Source: Eledone cirrhosa
Lineage: Eukaryota
NCBI GenBank assembly: GCA_964016885.1
Contig: OZ024740.1
Span: 301,940,001-302,004,000 of the forward strand
Length of the DNA stretch: 64,000 nucleotides
Direction of reading: 5' to 3'
Made by a program: the position numbers and the translations under genes. This document shows, in pieces, positions 28,386-40,484 of the stretch. Below the pieces are notes generated by a model. It made no database searches. It worked only from the letters and a program-made list of their open reading frames with translations, and had not been told where the DNA came from. The number at the start of each line of letters is the position of its first letter. Positions within the stretch are counted from its first letter, which is position 1.

Positions 28386-28960
28386 ATATTCATACGTTGC
28401 TAACTCACTACGCAAATCAGTTGTTTATAAGTGGCTGCTCTAATTTACGCATTCAATTTTCAAACCAGTAAAATATGAATATCTCTACTATGGTACTTGA
28501 ATGTCATTAGGTTGCCTTGACGAAGCCATGTTGAACTTCAATATTCCCAGACATGTATTTCCTATCATTATATATATATGTATATATATAATTGTTTCTA
28601 CTTTTGGCACAAGTTCAGCAAATACTCAGTACATTACTGGTACTTTATTTTATCGACCTCGTAAAGATGAAAGGCAAAGTTAACCTCGGCGGGATTTGAA
28701 CTCAGATCGTAAAGGGACGTAACTGTGCTGGAAAGCATGTCTGACCCTCTACCGATACTGCCAATACACCGCCCTAATGACAGGAAATACATGTCTGGGA
28801 ATATTGAAGTGCAACATGGCTTCATCAAGGCAACCTAATGACATTCAAGTACCATAGTTGAGATATTCATATTATAATGGTTTGAAAATTGAATGCGTAA
28901 ATTAGAGCAGCTACTTTTAAACGACTGATTTGCGTAGTGATTTAGCAACGTATGAATATG
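28386..28960. repeat. ~178-bp inverted repeat pair (28386-28563 / 28782-28960) enclosing a SINE
   Basis: Arms are about 90% complementary by eye. Confidence 0.85.
28589..28772 (-). mobile_element. SINE family 1
   Basis: Reverse complement of the family consensus, including the A box and B box. Confidence 0.85.
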
Positions 28961-28961
28961 T

Positions 28962-29145
28962 GCGGTGGATTGGCAGTATCGGTAGAGGGTCGGACGCCAT
29001 GCTTTGACGCATAGAGTTACTGCCCTTGCCATTCTGAGTTCAAATCCCGCCGAGGTTAACTTTGCCTTTCATCCTTACGGGGTCGATAAAATAAAGTACC
29101 AGTAATACACTGGCTAATCGCTGGCCTTGTGACAAAAGTAGAAAC

Positions 29146-29150
<5 letters not shown>
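28962..29150 (+). mobile_element. SINE family 1, best-preserved copy
   Basis: A box TGGCAGTATCGG, B box GAGTTCAAATCC, Deu/Nin-domain-like CCTTTCATCCTTACGGGGTCGATAAA, and AGAAACAATTA tail. Confidence 0.9.
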
Positions 29151-29190
<40 letters not shown>

Positions 29191-29194
<4 letters not shown>

Positions 29195-29413
29195 AGAAAG
29201 TATGACACCGACGGCAGAGCTCAAGCCGTTCCGACGGCTATTTCTGGACTAAAGTGTAATTAGAAAGATTCATTTTAGTCCAGAAATAGCCGTCGAAACG
29301 GCTTGAGCTCTGCCGTCGGGGTCATACTTTCTCCTATTGCCACTCTACTACCCTAAGTATTGAGTACTCTGGTGCGTTATGGTCCATCTGGTTCCTTACC
29401 ACAACTCCTTCGT
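29191..29413 (+). mobile_element. Family B fold-back PLE-like fragment
   Basis: Palindrome 29191-29336 plus tail. GAAA-CGGC uugagcucu GCCG-UC forms stem III and a GUC site. Confidence 0.75.
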
Positions 29414-29428
29414 TATATATATATATAT

Positions 29429-29930
29429 AAATTGGAATAAATGCTCTGAAATAGCGATATATATGTGAATATAGACATAGAATATTCGAAAATATTCTGT
29501 ATGTTTATAATAAACATTTTGAAGACCTAATCGCTATAGAATAGAATACGTCACGTATTACAATTAGATTCTCGATAAAAGCAAGGGAAGTAATCTACGC
29601 GTTTCATTCTCGTTAGAAATCATCAGGACTACATATCCAGTGCTTTTATCGAGAATGACACAGCTAGAGACTTATAGAATACTTAGCTGTGTACAGGAAC
29701 TGGTTTGAAAGAGCGGTTGCCGGTCCGGCAGAAATTAGAAATTGGAATAAATGCTCTGAAATAGCGATATATATGTGAATATAGACATAGAATATTCGAA
29801 AATATTCTGTATGTTTATAATAAACATTTTGAAGACCTAATCGCTATAGAATAGAATACGTCACGTATTACAATTAGATTCTCGATAAAAGCAAGGGAAG
29901 TAATCTACGCGTTTCATTCTCGTTAGAAAT
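29429..29930 (-). repeat. Inverted ~1.6 copies of the 310-bp hammerhead unit; one complete HHR at 29568-29656
   Basis: Reverse complement of the array unit, joined head-to-head with the plus array at 29930/29931. Confidence 0.95.
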
Positions 29931-32900
29931 CTGTGTCATTCTCGATAAAAGCACTGGATATGTAGTCCTGATGATTTCTAACGAGAATGAAACGCGTAGA
30001 TTACTTCCCTTGCTTTTATCGAGAATCTAATTGTAATACGTGACGTATTCTATTCTATAGCGATTAGGTCTTCAAAATGTTTATTATAAACATACAGAAT
30101 ATTTTCGAATATTCTATGTCTATATTCACATATATATCGCTATTTCAGAGCATTTATTCCAATTTCTAATTTCTGCCGGACCGGCAACCGCTCTTTCAAA
30201 CCAGTTCCTGTACACAGCTAAGTATTCTATAAGTCTCTAGCTGTGTCATTCTCGATAAAAGCACTGGATATGTAGTCCTGATGATTTCTAACGAGAATGA
30301 AACGCGTAGATTACTTCCCTTGCTTTTATCGAGAATCTAATTGTAATACGTGACGTATTCTATTCTATAGCGATTAGGTCTTCAAAATGTTTATTATAAA
30401 CATACAGAATATTTTCGAATATTCTATGTCTATATTCACATATATATCGCTATTTCAGAGCATTTATTCCAATTTCTAATTTCTGCCGGACCGGCAACCG
30501 CTCTTTCAAACCAGTTCCTGTACACAGCTAAGTATTCTATAAGTCTCTAGCTGTGTCATTCTCGATAAAAGCACTGGATATGTAGTCCTGATGATTTCTA
30601 ACGAGAATGAAACGCGTAGATTACTTCCCTTGCTTTTATCGAGAATCTAATTGTAATACGTGACGTATTCTATTCTATAGCGATTAGGTCTTCAAAATGT
30701 TTATTATAAACATACAGAATATTTTCGAATATTCTATGTCTATATTCACATATATATCGCTATTTCAGAGCATTTATTCCAATTTCTAATTTCTGCCGGA
30801 CCGGCAACCGCTCTTTCAAACCAGTTCCTGTACACAGCTAAGTATTCTATAAGTCTCTAGCTGTGTCATTCTCGATAAAAGCACTGGATATGTAGTCCTG
30901 ATGATTTCTAACGAGAATGAAACGCGTAGATTACTTCCCTTGCTTTTATCGAGAATCTAATTGTAATACGTGACGTATTCTATTCTATAGCGATTAGGTC
31001 TTCAAAATGTTTATTATAAACATACAGAATATTTTCGAATATTCTATGTCTATATTCACATATATATCGCTATTTCAGAGCATTTATTCCAATTTCTAAT
31101 TTCTGCCGGACCGGCAACCGCTCTTTCAAACCAGTTCCTGTACACAGCTAAGTATTCTATAAGTCTCTAGCTGTGTCATTCTCGATAAAAGCACTGGATA
31201 TGTAGTCCTGATGATTTCTAACGAGAATGAAACGCGTAGATTACTTCCCTTGCTTTTATCGAGAATCTAATTGTAATACGTGACGTATTCTATTCTATAG
31301 CGATTAGGTCTTCAAAATGTTTATTATAAACATACAGAATATTTTCGAATATTCTATGTCTATATTCACATATATATCGCTATTTCAGAGCATTTATTCC
31401 AATTTCTAATTTCTGCCGGACCGGCAACCGCTCTTTCAAACCAGTTCCTGTACACAGCTAAGTATTCTATAAGTCTCTAGCTGTGTCATTCTCGATAAAA
31501 GCACTGGATATGTAGTCCTGATGATTTCTAACGAGAATGAAACGCGTAGATTACTTCCCTTGCTTTTATCGAGAATCTAATTGTAATACGTGACGTATTC
31601 TATTCTATAGCGATTAGGTCTTCAAAATGTTTATTATAAACATACAGAATATTTTCGAATATTCTATGTCTATATTCACATATATATCGCTATTTCAGAG
31701 CATTTATTCCAATTTCTAATTTCTGCCGGACCGGCAACCGCTCTTTCAAACCAGTTCCTGTACACAGCTAAGTATTCTATAAGTCTCTAGCTGTGTCATT
31801 CTCGATAAAAGCACTGGATATGTAGTCCTGATGATTTCTAACGAGAATGAAACGCGTAGATTACTTCCCTTGCTTTTATCGAGAATCTAATTGTAATACG
31901 TGACGTATTCTATTCTATAGCGATTAGGTCTTCAAAATGTTTATTATAAACATACAGAATATTTTCGAATATTCTATGTCTATATTCACATATATATCGC
32001 TATTTCAGAGCATTTATTCCAATTTCTAATTTCTGCCGGACCGGCAACCGCTCTTTCAAACCAGTTCCTGTACACAGCTAAGTATTCTATAAGTCTCTAG
32101 CTGTGTCATTCTCGATAAAAGCACTGGATATGTAGTCCTGATGATTTCTAACGAGAATGAAACGCGTAGATTACTTCCCTTGCTTTTATCGAGAATCTAA
32201 TTGTAATACGTGACGTATTCTATTCTATAGCGATTAGGTCTTCAAAATGTTTATTATAAACATACAGAATATTTTCGAATATTCTATGTCTATATTCACA
32301 TATATATCGCTATTTCAGAGCATTTATTCCAATTTCTAATTTCTGCCGGACCGGCAACCGCTCTTTCAAACCAGTTCCTGTACACAGCTAAGTATTCTAT
32401 AAGTCTCTAGCTGTGTCATTCTCGATAAAAGCACTGGATATGTAGTCCTGATGATTTCTAACGAGAATGAAACGCGTAGATTACTTCCCTTGCTTTTATC
32501 GAGAATCTAATTGTAATACGTGACGTATTCTATTCTATAGCGATTAGGTCTTCAAAATGTTTATTATAAACATACAGAATATTTTCGAATATTCTATGTC
32601 TATATTCACATATATATCGCTATTTCAGAGCATTTATTCCAATTTCTAATTTCTGCCGGACCGGCAACCGCTCTTTCAAACCAGTTCCTGTACACAGCTA
32701 AGTATTCTATAAGTCTCTAGCTGTGTCATTCTCGATAAAAGCACTGGATATGTAGTCCTGATGATTTCTAACGAGAATGAAACGCGTAGATTACTTCCCT
32801 TGCTTTTATCGAGAATCTAATTGTAATACGTGACGTATTCTATTCTATAGCGATTAGGTCTTCAAAATGTTTACTATAAACATACAGAATATTTTCGAAT

Positions 32901-35900
32901 ATTCTATGTCTATATTCACATATATATCGCTATTTCAGAGCATTTATTCCAATTTCTAATTTCTGCCGGACCGGCAACCGCTCTTTCAAACCAGTTCCTG
33001 TACACAGCTAAGTATTCTATAAGTCTCTAGCTGTGTCATTCTCGATAAAAGCACTGGATATGTAGTCCTGATGATTTCTAACGAGAATGAAACGCGTAGA
33101 TTACTTCCCTTGCTTTTATCGAGAATCTAATTGTAATACGTGACGTATTCTATTCTATAGCGATTAGGTCTTCAAAATGTTTATTATAAACATACAGAAT
33201 ATTTTCGAATATTCTATGTCTATATTCACATATATATCGCTATTTCAGAGCATTTATTCCAATTTCTAATTTCTGCCGGACCGGCAACCGCTCTTTCAAA
33301 CCAGTTCCTGTACACAGCTAAGTATTCTATAAGTCTCTAGCTGTGTCATTCTCGATAAAAGCACTGGATATGTAGTCCTGATGATTTCTAACGAGAATGA
33401 AACGCGTAGATTACTTCCCTTGCTTTTATCGAGAATCTAATTGTAATACGTGACGTATTCTATTCTATAGCGATTAGGTCTTCAAAATGTTTATTATAAA
33501 CATACAGAATATTTTCGAATATTCTATGTCTATATTCACATATATATCGCTATTTCAGAGCATTTATTCCAATTTCTAATTTCTGCCGGACCGGCAACCG
33601 CTCTTTCAAACCAGTTCCTGTACACAGCTAAGTATTCTATAAGTCTCTAGCTGTGTCATTCTCGATAAAAGCACTGGATATGTAGTCCTGATGATTTCTA
33701 ACGAGAATGAAACGCGTAGATTACTTCCCTTGCTTTTATCGAGAATCTAATTGTAATACGTGACGTATTCTATTCTATAGCGATTAGGTCTTCAAAATGT
33801 TTATTATAAACATACAGAATATTTTCGAATATTCTATGTCTATATTCACATATATATCGCTATTTCAGAGCATTTATTCCAATTTCTAATTTCTGCCGGA
33901 CCGGCAACCGCTCTTTCAAACCAGTTCCTGTACACAGCTAAGTATTCTATAAGTCTCTAGCTGTGTCATTCTCGATAAAAGCACTGGATATGTAGTCCTG
34001 ATGATTTCTAACGAGAATGAAACGCGTAGATTACTTCCCTTGCTTTTATCGAGAATCTAATTGTAATACGTGACGTATTCTATTCTATAGCGATTAGGTC
34101 TTCAAAATGTTTATTATAAACATACAGAATATTTTCGAATATTCTATGTCTATATTCACATATATATCGCTATTTCAGAGCATTTATTCCAATTTCTAAT
34201 TTCTGCCGGACCGGCAACCGCTCTTTCAAACCAGTTCCTGTACACAGCTAAGTATTCTATAAGTCTCTAGCTGTGTCATTCTCGATAAAAGCACTGGATA
34301 TGTAGTCCTGATGATTTCTAACGAGAATGAAACGCGTAGATTACTTCCCTTGCTTTTATCGAGAATCTAATTGTAATACGTGACGTATTCTATTCTATAG
34401 CGATTAGGTCTTCAAAATGTTTATTATAAACATACAGAATATTTTCGAATATTCTATGTCTATATTCACATATATATCGCTATTTCAGAGCATTTATTCC
34501 AATTTCTAATTTCTGCCGGACCGGCAACCGCTCTTTCAAACCAGTTCCTGTACACAGCTAAGTATTCTATAAGTCTCTAGCTGTGTCATTCTCGATAAAA
34601 GCACTGGATATGTAGTCCTGATGATTTCTAACGAGAATGAAACGCGTAGATTACTTCCCTTGCTTTTATCGAGAATCTAATTGTAATACGTGACGTATTC
34701 TATTCTATAGCGATTAGGTCTTCAAAATGTTTATTATAAACATACAGAATATTTTCGAATATTCTATGTCTATATTCACATATATATCGCTATTTCAGAG
34801 CATTTATTCCAATTTCTAATTTCTGCCGGACCGGCAACCGCTCTTTCAAACCAGTTCCTGTACACAGCTAAGTATTCTATAAGTCTCTAGCTGTGTCATT
34901 CTCGATAAAAGCACTGGATATGTAGTCCTGATGATTTCTAACGAGAATGAAACGCGTAGATTACTTCCCTTGCTTTTATCGAGAATCTAATTGTAATACG
35001 TGACGTATTCTATTCTATAGCGATTAGGTCTTCAAAATGTTTATTATAAACATACAGAATATTTTCGAATATTCTATGTCTATATTCACATATATATCGC
35101 TATTTCAGAGCATTTATTCCAATTTCTAATTTCTGCCGGACCGGCAACCGCTCTTTCAAACCAGTTCCTGTACACAGCTAAGTATTCTATAAGTCTCTAG
35201 CTGTGTCATTCTCGATAAAAGCACTGGATATGTAGTCCTGATGATTTCTAACGAGAATGAAACGCGTAGATTACTTCCCTTGCTTTTATCGAGAATCTAA
35301 TTGTAATACGTGACGTATTCTATTCTATAGCGATTAGGTCTTCAAAATGTTTACTATAAACATACAGAATATTTTCGAATATTCTATGTCTATATTCACA
35401 TATATATCGCTATTTCAGAGCATTTATTCCAATTTCTAATTTCTGCCGGACCGGCAACCGCTCTTTCAAACCAGTTCCTGTACACAGCTAAGTATTCTAT
35501 AAGTCTCTAGCTGTGTCATTCTCGATAAAAGCACTGGATATGTAGTCCTGATGATTTCTAACGAGAATGAAACGCGTAGATTACTTCCCTTGCTTTTATC
35601 GAGAATCTAATTGTAATACGTGACGTATTCTATTCTATAGCGATTAGGTCTTCAAAATGTTTATTATAAACATACAGAATATTTTCGAATATTCTATGTC
35701 TATATTCACATATATATCGCTATTTCAGAGCATTTATTCCAATTTCTAATTTCTGCCGGACCGGCAACCGCTCTTTCAAACCAGTTCCTGTACACAGCTA
35801 AGTATTCTATAAGTCTCTAGCTGTGTCATTCTCGATAAAAGCACTGGATATGTAGTCCTGATGATTTCTAACGAGAATGAAACGCGTAGATTACTTCCCT

Positions 35901-36638
35901 TGCTTTTATCGAGAATCTAATTGTAATACGTGACGTATTCTATTCTATAGCGATTAGGTCTTCAAAATGTTTATTATAAACATACAGAATATTTTCGAAT
36001 ATTCTATGTCTATATTCACATATATATCGCTATTTCAGAGCATTTATTCCAATTTCTAATTTCTGCCGGACCGGCAACCGCTCTTTCAAACCAGTTCCTG
36101 TACACAGCTAAGTATTCTATAAGTCTCTAGCTGTGTCATTCTCGATAAAAGCACTGGATATGTAGTCCTGATGATTTCTAACGAGAATGAAACGCGTAGA
36201 TTACTTCCCTTGCTTTTATCGAGAATCTAATTGTAATACGTGACGTATTCTATTCTATAGCGATTAGGTCTTCAAAATGTTTATTATAAACATACAGAAT
36301 ATTTTCGAATATTCTATGTCTATATTCACATATATATCGCTATTTCAGAGCATTTATTCCAATTTCTAATTTCTGCCGGACCGGCAACCGCTCTTTCAAA
36401 CCAGTTCCTGTACACAGCTAAGTATTCTATAAGTCTCTAGCTGTGTCATTCTCGATAAAAGCACTGGATATGTAGTCCTGATGATTTCTAACGAGAATGA
36501 AACGCGTAGATTACTTCCCTTGCTTTTATCGAGAATCTAATTGTAATACGTGACGTATTCTATTCTATAGCGATTAGGTCTTCAAAATGTTTATTATAAA
36601 CATACAGAATATTTTCGAATATTCTATGTCTATATTCA
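29931..36638 (+). repeat. 310-bp tandem array, 21 full + 1 partial units, each with a type I hammerhead (retrozyme-like)
   Basis: The unit start CTGTGTCATT recurs every 310 bp from 29931 to 36441. The only variants I saw are T>C at 32874 and 35354. Confidence 0.97.
29938..30026 (+). ncRNA. Type I hammerhead ribozyme of the first array unit, repeated 22 times at +310 intervals
   Basis: Outer stem AUUCUCGAUAAAAGCA/UGCUUUUAUCGAGAAU (16 bp); inner stem I GUAGUC/GAUUAC; CUGAUGA at 29968-29974; stem II UUCU-AACG-AGAA; GAAA at 29989-29992; stem III palindrome ACGCGU; predicted cleavage after GUA at 29998. Confidence 0.9.
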
Positions 36639-36728
36639 TATATATATATATATATATAAGCAAAAGGTAAAAACTTGAACTGTTAAGATCTTCCTGGTTA
36701 TGTAAATATTTATAAAACAAACTTTGTA

Positions 36729-36785
36729 TTTTATCTGATGAGAACGTACGAAAGTGTTGGTACCCTTGAAACATATATAATAGAA
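36729..36785 (+). ncRNA. Degenerate hammerhead-like motif
   Basis: UUUAU-CUGAUGA-gaacGUAC..GUACccuu-GAAA-CAUAUA-UA-AUAGA. Stems are imperfect. Confidence 0.45.
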
Positions 36786-36832
36786 TAAATATGGTTTTAT
36801 AAATATACTTTCCATTTATTTAATATCATTGA

Positions 36833-36868
<36 letters not shown>

Positions 36869-37343
36869 ATACACAATCCGAGGCCATATTCATGTGGTTT
36901 TGATATATTAAAATCCGTAATTACTATGGAATATCAGTTATGACAGTCTGAGCTCCTCAGGCGGTAAACCTATATAAACATGGATATATTTTTAAAAAAA
37001 AAATTAAATTTGGAAAGGGTTTACTTTTCTTGATACTGGGAGCGGTCGACCCTTGAGGAAATAACATCACACAAAACGGTATCAATGATTAACCAGGAAT
37101 CCCAGGCACGGTACCGTCCCCTTTGAGTCAGACTATTTGTTACATACATATACCATCCTGATAAACATTATCTTGTTTAATTATATTTTCTCTTCAACTT
37201 TCCAATTCCCTCTTTAACTTAACTTTGCTGAAAATTAACTTACGATACATTGAAATATTCATTTTCATTTCCCAATAAGCGTGAATCTAATAAGATTGTA
37301 TATTTGTAACCCTTTGTTTGTCTTTTTATCCTGATATTTCATC

Positions 37344-37400
<57 letters not shown>

Positions 37401-37404
<4 letters not shown>

Positions 37405-37438
37405 GTAATTGATCAAAAGAATATATATATGTCAAAAG

Positions 37439-37474
<36 letters not shown>

Positions 37475-37616
37475 CTTTTGACATATATATATTCTTTTGA
37501 TCAATTACATTTTATTATACATATTCCGGATGTACAACAGTACGTCCTCATCAGACAAAATATAATGATACATGACATACCCTGAGATGTTAAATGGTTA
37601 AGATTTAAACCTTGAA

Positions 37617-37617
<1 letters not shown>
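37401..37617 (-). mobile_element. Family E PLE terminal fragment with degenerate HHR (37510-37560) and fold-back around a (TA)n tract
   Basis: Reverse complement matches 50550-50668. The core reads GGAA instead of GAAA. 37401-37441 is mirrored by 37471-37512. Confidence 0.75.
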
Positions 37618-37697
<80 letters not shown>

Positions 37698-37974
37698 GGC
37701 GACAAGTTTGATTCATCCTGTATTCGGGGTGGGTGGTCAGTATTAGGCTTTGTATCCTTGTATAAACATAGATAGATAATATAACATCCCCTCTCTTTCT
37801 CCTATTGAGGGAGTTCTTCCTTTTTTTCACACCTACGGATATTACTACACACACACACACAGACGCACACACACACACACACACACACATACACATACAC
37901 ACACACACACACGCATATATATATATACACACACACAGACGCACACACATACACATATATATATATATATATAT

Positions 37975-38616
37975 AGTTTTAAATATAAAAGAGCTTCTAC
38001 GGGACTGGAACTGTTTCATTCGTGAGAAATCATCAGGAAGCTGGCTGTCCAAGTAAATGGTAGTATTTATATCTTTCCTTATCTGGTGGTAGAAGAGGGT
38101 GGGGATTGGGATGGGTGGAGGTCATTGGTTGATGGATTTAAAGAAAAGGGAGTTCATTAAAAGCTAATTCTTAAAAGCTGTAATATTAACAAAAGCAGAA
38201 AGAATACTGTAAAAATTGGAATACCTATCCATGTTTATCACTTAGACTAACAATGCCTGTAAGACAGGTGTCTACAGGATGGGTGGGGTTCAATGGTTTA
38301 AAGAAAAGGGAAATCCTTTAGTCTAAGTGATAAACAAGGATTGGTATTCCAATTTTGAATTTGTTTACAGTATTCTTTCTGCCTTTGTTAATATTATAGC
38401 TTTTAATGAACTCTCTTTTCTTTAGATCCTTCTACCAATTACCTACGGCCATCCCAATCTCCACCCTCTCCTACCACCTGATAAAGAAAGATATAACTAC
38501 TACCATTTATTTGGACAGCCAGCTTCCTGATGATTTCTCACGAATGAAACAGTTCTAGTCTGCTATGTATTGAGTACCTTACTAACTGTGGTTACCTCCG
38601 ATTCAACCTGAAATAA

Positions 38617-38618
<2 letters not shown>
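37975..38618. mobile_element. Family A long fold-back PLE terminal fragment with two HHR copies
   Basis: Arms 37975-38250 (minus) and 38318-38560 (plus). Minus HHR: AGCUUC-CUGAUGA-uuucucacgaau-GAAAC..GUA-GAAGCU. The tail matches 608-664. Confidence 0.8.
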
Positions 38619-38710
<92 letters not shown>

Positions 38711-39223
38711 TATCTATATATATCTATATGTATTATGTATGTGTGTGTATATATGTATCTGTGTCTGTATGTGCATATATATATATATTTCTACATGTGA
38801 ATTTATATTAAGTATTCACATACATATATATTACCTGAATACTACTTATATATATATACGAACACATCGGAATGCCATTAGCTACGTCAGTGATATAACG
38901 TAAGGAGTGTCAGCCATTGCAAACCGCAAACAAGAAAATCAGTATTTATTTAACTTGAAGCCAAATAATTTATCTTTCTAAAGAATCGTTTTTCTCCATC
39001 ATTAACAAATGAGATAGACAATATCTGTTAGTAAAATATATAGGGATTCTAATATGTGAGTATATTATATAAACTGAAAACTCGATGCTAGATTCTGATA
39101 TTATTAGAATGATTAATGCAATAATAATAGATTTGCTTGTTCCCCTCTTGTAAAAGAGAGCAGGAATATAGAATATATTCTCTTAAATACTATCTGTCTA
39201 TAAATCCATTTATCTAACCTTCT

Positions 39224-39334
<111 letters not shown>

Positions 39335-39335
39335 A

Positions 39336-39366
<31 letters not shown>

Positions 39367-39439
39367 TCTCTGTCTCTCTCTCACTTTATCTCTCTATCTG
39401 TCACTCTCTCTCCCGATATATATATACATATATATATAT

Positions 39440-39620
39440 TAATTTATTAAAATAACAGATTAAAGTTTAAGCAAATAATCGTTGCTTTCACCCTTAACGG
39501 GATCTTCTGAAACTAACAAACTCAATCTGTGAACGCAGAAGTGAATATTTCAAAAAACGTTGTGACCGGAGGAAGACAGGAAGACGATACTTTGGTTTGT
39601 GGAAACGTTCCCTCGCAAAG
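39440..39620 (-). mobile_element. Family F terminal fragment with variant HHR (CAGAAGA core); second copy with fold-back at 43232-43457
   Basis: Minus strand: AGUUU-CAGAAGA-U-CCC guuaa GGG-U-GAAA-GCAA..UUGC-UU-AAACU. Confidence 0.65.
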
Positions 39621-39658
39621 AACGAGAAAAAACCGATTATAATACGTCATTATTTGGA

Positions 39659-39759
39659 GCGGTTAACTTTGCCTTTCATCCTTACGGGGTCGATAAAATA
39701 AAGTACCAGTAATGTATTGGTGAATTACTGGCCTTGTGCCTAACGTAGAAACAATTATT
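39659..39759 (+). mobile_element. SINE family 1, 3' half
   Basis: GGTTAACTTTGCCTTTCATCCTTACGGGGTCGATAAAATAAAGTACCAG...AGAAACAATTATT. Confidence 0.85.
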
Positions 39760-39982
39760 TGGAGCGGTGAAAAACAATTACGCGCAAAGACAAATCCAAG
39801 TTTATGGTATAAAAGAAGTCGTACACTAATATTCTATTAGGTGGTTCATAGAGACGTTTCTCTTGTAATGAACGGAAAAAAAACGAAAATAATACGTCAT
39901 ATGTGGAGCGGGGAGAAGAATTGTACGCAAAGACAAAACCACTTAAATGGTATACCTGAAATCGTAGACTAAAATTCTAACT

Positions 39983-40183
39983 AGGAAACCGAATGAGTCT
40001 CGGCTTCAGAGTTAAGAATAAAGTAAACGAAATACAGTGGTAATTGAAAGTAAACAAATACATACACGTATCCATATACGTACATACACAAGCATACGCG
40101 AAAACACTCGCCATAATTTCAATTACCACTGTATTTTATTTACTTTATTCTTAACTCTGAAGCCGAGAATCATTCGGTTTCCT
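39983..40183. repeat. ~67-bp inverted repeat pair
   Basis: AGGAAACCGAATGAGTCTCGGCTTCAGAGTTAAGAATAAAGTAAA... is mirrored at 40117-40183. Confidence 0.8.
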
Positions 40184-40484
40184 GTATTGACGAACGAATA
40201 ACTATCCTAAAGAGATTACGCAATAGTGAGTGCCTAAACACGAGAAGTGAATTTTTCACACGTTGTCGACACGTCACCAAACATCTATTACATAACTACA
40301 AGGTTCCGGACTGATTCTTTGTAATTTTATTTTTAAATTTCTTTATTTTATTTTCAACCAAAATACTTTCCGGTTATCTCTCTTACACCCCCCCCCCCCG
40401 CACGGAGTCTACTATTGCTTGTGTGAAGTGACCGAGTTTCTGCGCATGCGCGTTCGTACGGTTGTCCTTCCTGTTCCTATAACC

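Noticed and set aside
28962-29050. tRNA gene
   Set aside because: It has A and B boxes but no cloverleaf, and it continues into a multicopy SINE body.
29931-36638. CRISPR array or protein-coding repeat
   Set aside because: The units are identical with no unique spacers, there are no cas genes, the context is eukaryotic, and no long ORF exists in the unit.
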